Source: Glycera tridactyla (lineage: Eukaryota). Taken from it: a DNA stretch of 64,000 nt. Where the stretch lies: the NCBI GenBank assembly GCA_965644265.1, contig OZ286473.1, positions 66,526,001 to 66,590,000 on the forward strand, read 5' to 3'. Positions 62,123 through 64,000 of this stretch are shown here, one piece after another (the stretch's first letter is position 1; every line of letters starts with the position of its first letter). A program made the translations under genes and the position numbers. The notes under the pieces are model-generated. The model saw nothing but the letters and a program-made list of their open reading frames with translations, did no database searches and was not told the DNA's origin.

Positions 62123-62234
62123 CTGCAACAGACAATATCGATATGGAAAATGTTATGAAAATGCAAATAACATTCCGCACGAGATGTAGAGGTGGATGGA
62201 GCTGAAAAGTCAATCAGTAGGGATCATCATCATC

Positions 62235-62266
<32 letters not shown>

Positions 62267-63005
62267 CATCGTCATCATCTTAACTTCTCTGAAAATATCT
62301 TGCATGTTTTATGATATGCCTCTTCTTGTCCATTGCCATATGTGTAATCATAGCGATAAACAAAGTATAGCTAGTTGCCTTTTCCTGCATGGAACATGAA
62401 TGCAATCACTAGCATCGTCAACAACAACTACAACATCATCACCATTGTCGAAGCACCTGAGATTGTATATCTGTGTGGAGACCATGCCATCATTAGAGAA
62501 AATTAATACATGTCCTTTTTATGAGAGTCAGAGAGAGGAGGAATAGGATTTTGAATAATGAATGCATAATGCCGTTAAGGAAATACTGCAATTTTATCTA
62601 CCTTGAATATATCTTGCATGTTCCATGATATGCCTCTTCATCGATTGGCATATGTGCAATCATAGCAATGAACAAGGCATAGCTGGTTGCCTCTACCTGT
62701 ATGGATTATCAATGGAATCACCACCTTTTGTGACCCAACAAACTCATGATCATTGTATGAGGGACATCCTGCTTTTGTGTGAGGAGCGAATAACGAGTAT
62801 TCACATTGACTTTGACATTCAATGTCAGTGGAGCATGGCAATACTGGCCACATCAGCTACCGATCATCATTGTCATATGAGATTATTTTGATATGAATTT
62901 ATCAGTTAGTGAATAATCAGTTGTCATACAGGAAGATTACATTAAACTTCTGTAGAGGGAGGATATAAAGGAGAACTGCATATGGTATTGGAAAGTGTGA
63001 CTAGC

Positions 63006-63119
63006 CTGTTTCACAATAAGTTCCTCCATATCCATCAGCACGAATACAATTGTATGAATTGATGGTGTAATTGCATTGTGCCCCATTCTCACATAGATTA
63101 CAATTGTACTCATCAATAT
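63006..63119 (-). CDS. Degenerate EGF exon (Cys1 and Cys5 lost), weak GC donor; may be skipped
   Basis: [38 protein letters not shown]; |GCTAGT. Confidence 0.45.
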
Positions 63120-63394
63120 CTGTGATGGACAATATCGAGAGAGAAAATGTCATGAGCATTGAGGTGGAATCCAAACGGAATTTATAGGTAGATGTCTTAC
63201 ACAGGGGATACATTGACCTATTCTCACATCAAGAACCAAGAAAAGAGGAATATTGTTGAAGAGGGATGAATCATAAGAAAAAAACTGATAGCATTCGCCT
63301 TTTTCTCGCACAGATTACTGATGCACTAAGCAAAATTGTTGAAGAGGGAAGTTTCTTAGGAGAGTAGCAGAAATAATCAGGGGATGTCACTTGC

Positions 63395-63508
63395 CTGTCT
63401 CACAATGAGTCCCTCCATATCCATCAGCACATATACAGTTGTATGAATTTACGATGTCATTGCAAGTTGCCCCATTCTCACAGGGAATACTTATGCACTC
63501 ATCAATTC
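63395..63508 (-). CDS. EGF exon, GC donor
   Basis: [38 protein letters not shown]; |GCAAGT. Confidence 0.8.
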
Positions 63509-64000
63509 CTGTAAGAGACAATATCAATAAGTAAAATGTCACGAGGATGGAAATATCATTTGATACGATGTGAATGAGTAGATACAGAGATTTGGTGGAT
63601 TCCAGGTGATCATCATCATAGTTGTTGTCAGAGCACTTTGGAATGTATATCCGTTCGTGAAGATCATGAAATCATCCAAGAAATCAATCAGTGTTCCTTC
63701 TACAAAAGCTAACAGAGAAATAGAAAATCATTCGAATAATGATTGTCAATTGCAGTTGCGAAAATACCGTGATTATCCCTTCTCTTAATATATCTTGCAT
63801 GCTTCGCTATCTATCCAATGGCATTTTCTCAATTGTGATGATAAACAGATGGGCACCCAATGTGAGCAAAATCTAAGTGGGTGAATGAAGGGTGAATAAG
63901 GCTTCGATACATATGAAATGCCATTTCCTCAGAAATTGAAGGGGTGCGTTCTCTGATGTTCTGCCTCTGAATCAGATGTCCCACATGGTGTTTGAAGGAT

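Larger units (their letters stand above)
2095..63508 (-). other. Host gene: tandem calcium-binding EGF-repeat protein (fibropellin/Notch-like EGF array); both ends probably outside the window or not recognised
   Basis: 27 exons of exactly 114 bp, phase 1-1, each reading D-I-D-E-C-x3-P-C-x-N-G-A-T-C-x-D-x2-N-S-Y-x-C-x-C-x2-G-Y/F-x-G-x-H-C-E-T, flanked by AG acceptors and GT/GC donors. No signal peptide, TM or other domain exon was recognised. Confidence 0.85.

Noticed and set aside
2095-63508. Naming the host gene Notch, crumbs or fibropellin
   Set aside because: Only EGF exons are visible; no diagnostic LNR, ankyrin, laminin-G, CUB or avidin exon was found

Overview
This is eukaryotic (animal, probably marine invertebrate) genomic DNA with four N-gaps. 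The backbone is a minus-strand host gene built from at least 27 symmetric 114-bp phase-1 exons, each encoding one calcium-binding EGF repeat (fibropellin/Notch-like); 25 of the 27 use a non-canonical GC 5' splice donor. Two very large introns are filled with retroelements. Intron 2209-26413 holds a decayed CR1/L2-type LINE, a 14.75-kb env-carrying Ty3/gypsy LTR element with about 99.3% identical LTRs, and another LINE fragment. Intron 43104-62008 holds a probable triple nest: an old LINE fragment, interrupted by a DIRS1-type tyrosine-recombinase retrotransposon (ITRs plus ICR), itself interrupted by a young full-length 8.5-kb LINE with a 6-bp TSD. The young LINE is the most unusual object. It has three ORFs (L1-type ORF1, a free-standing SGNH esterase, APE-RT) and a 2.5-kb spacer containing ten copies of a hairpin whose outer stem covaries between copies. 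The DIRS element carries its own six-copy structured repeat array, and the gypsy Env has three furin sites and a second transmembrane module. All calls come from reading the sequence and ORF track by eye; no database search or folding program was run.
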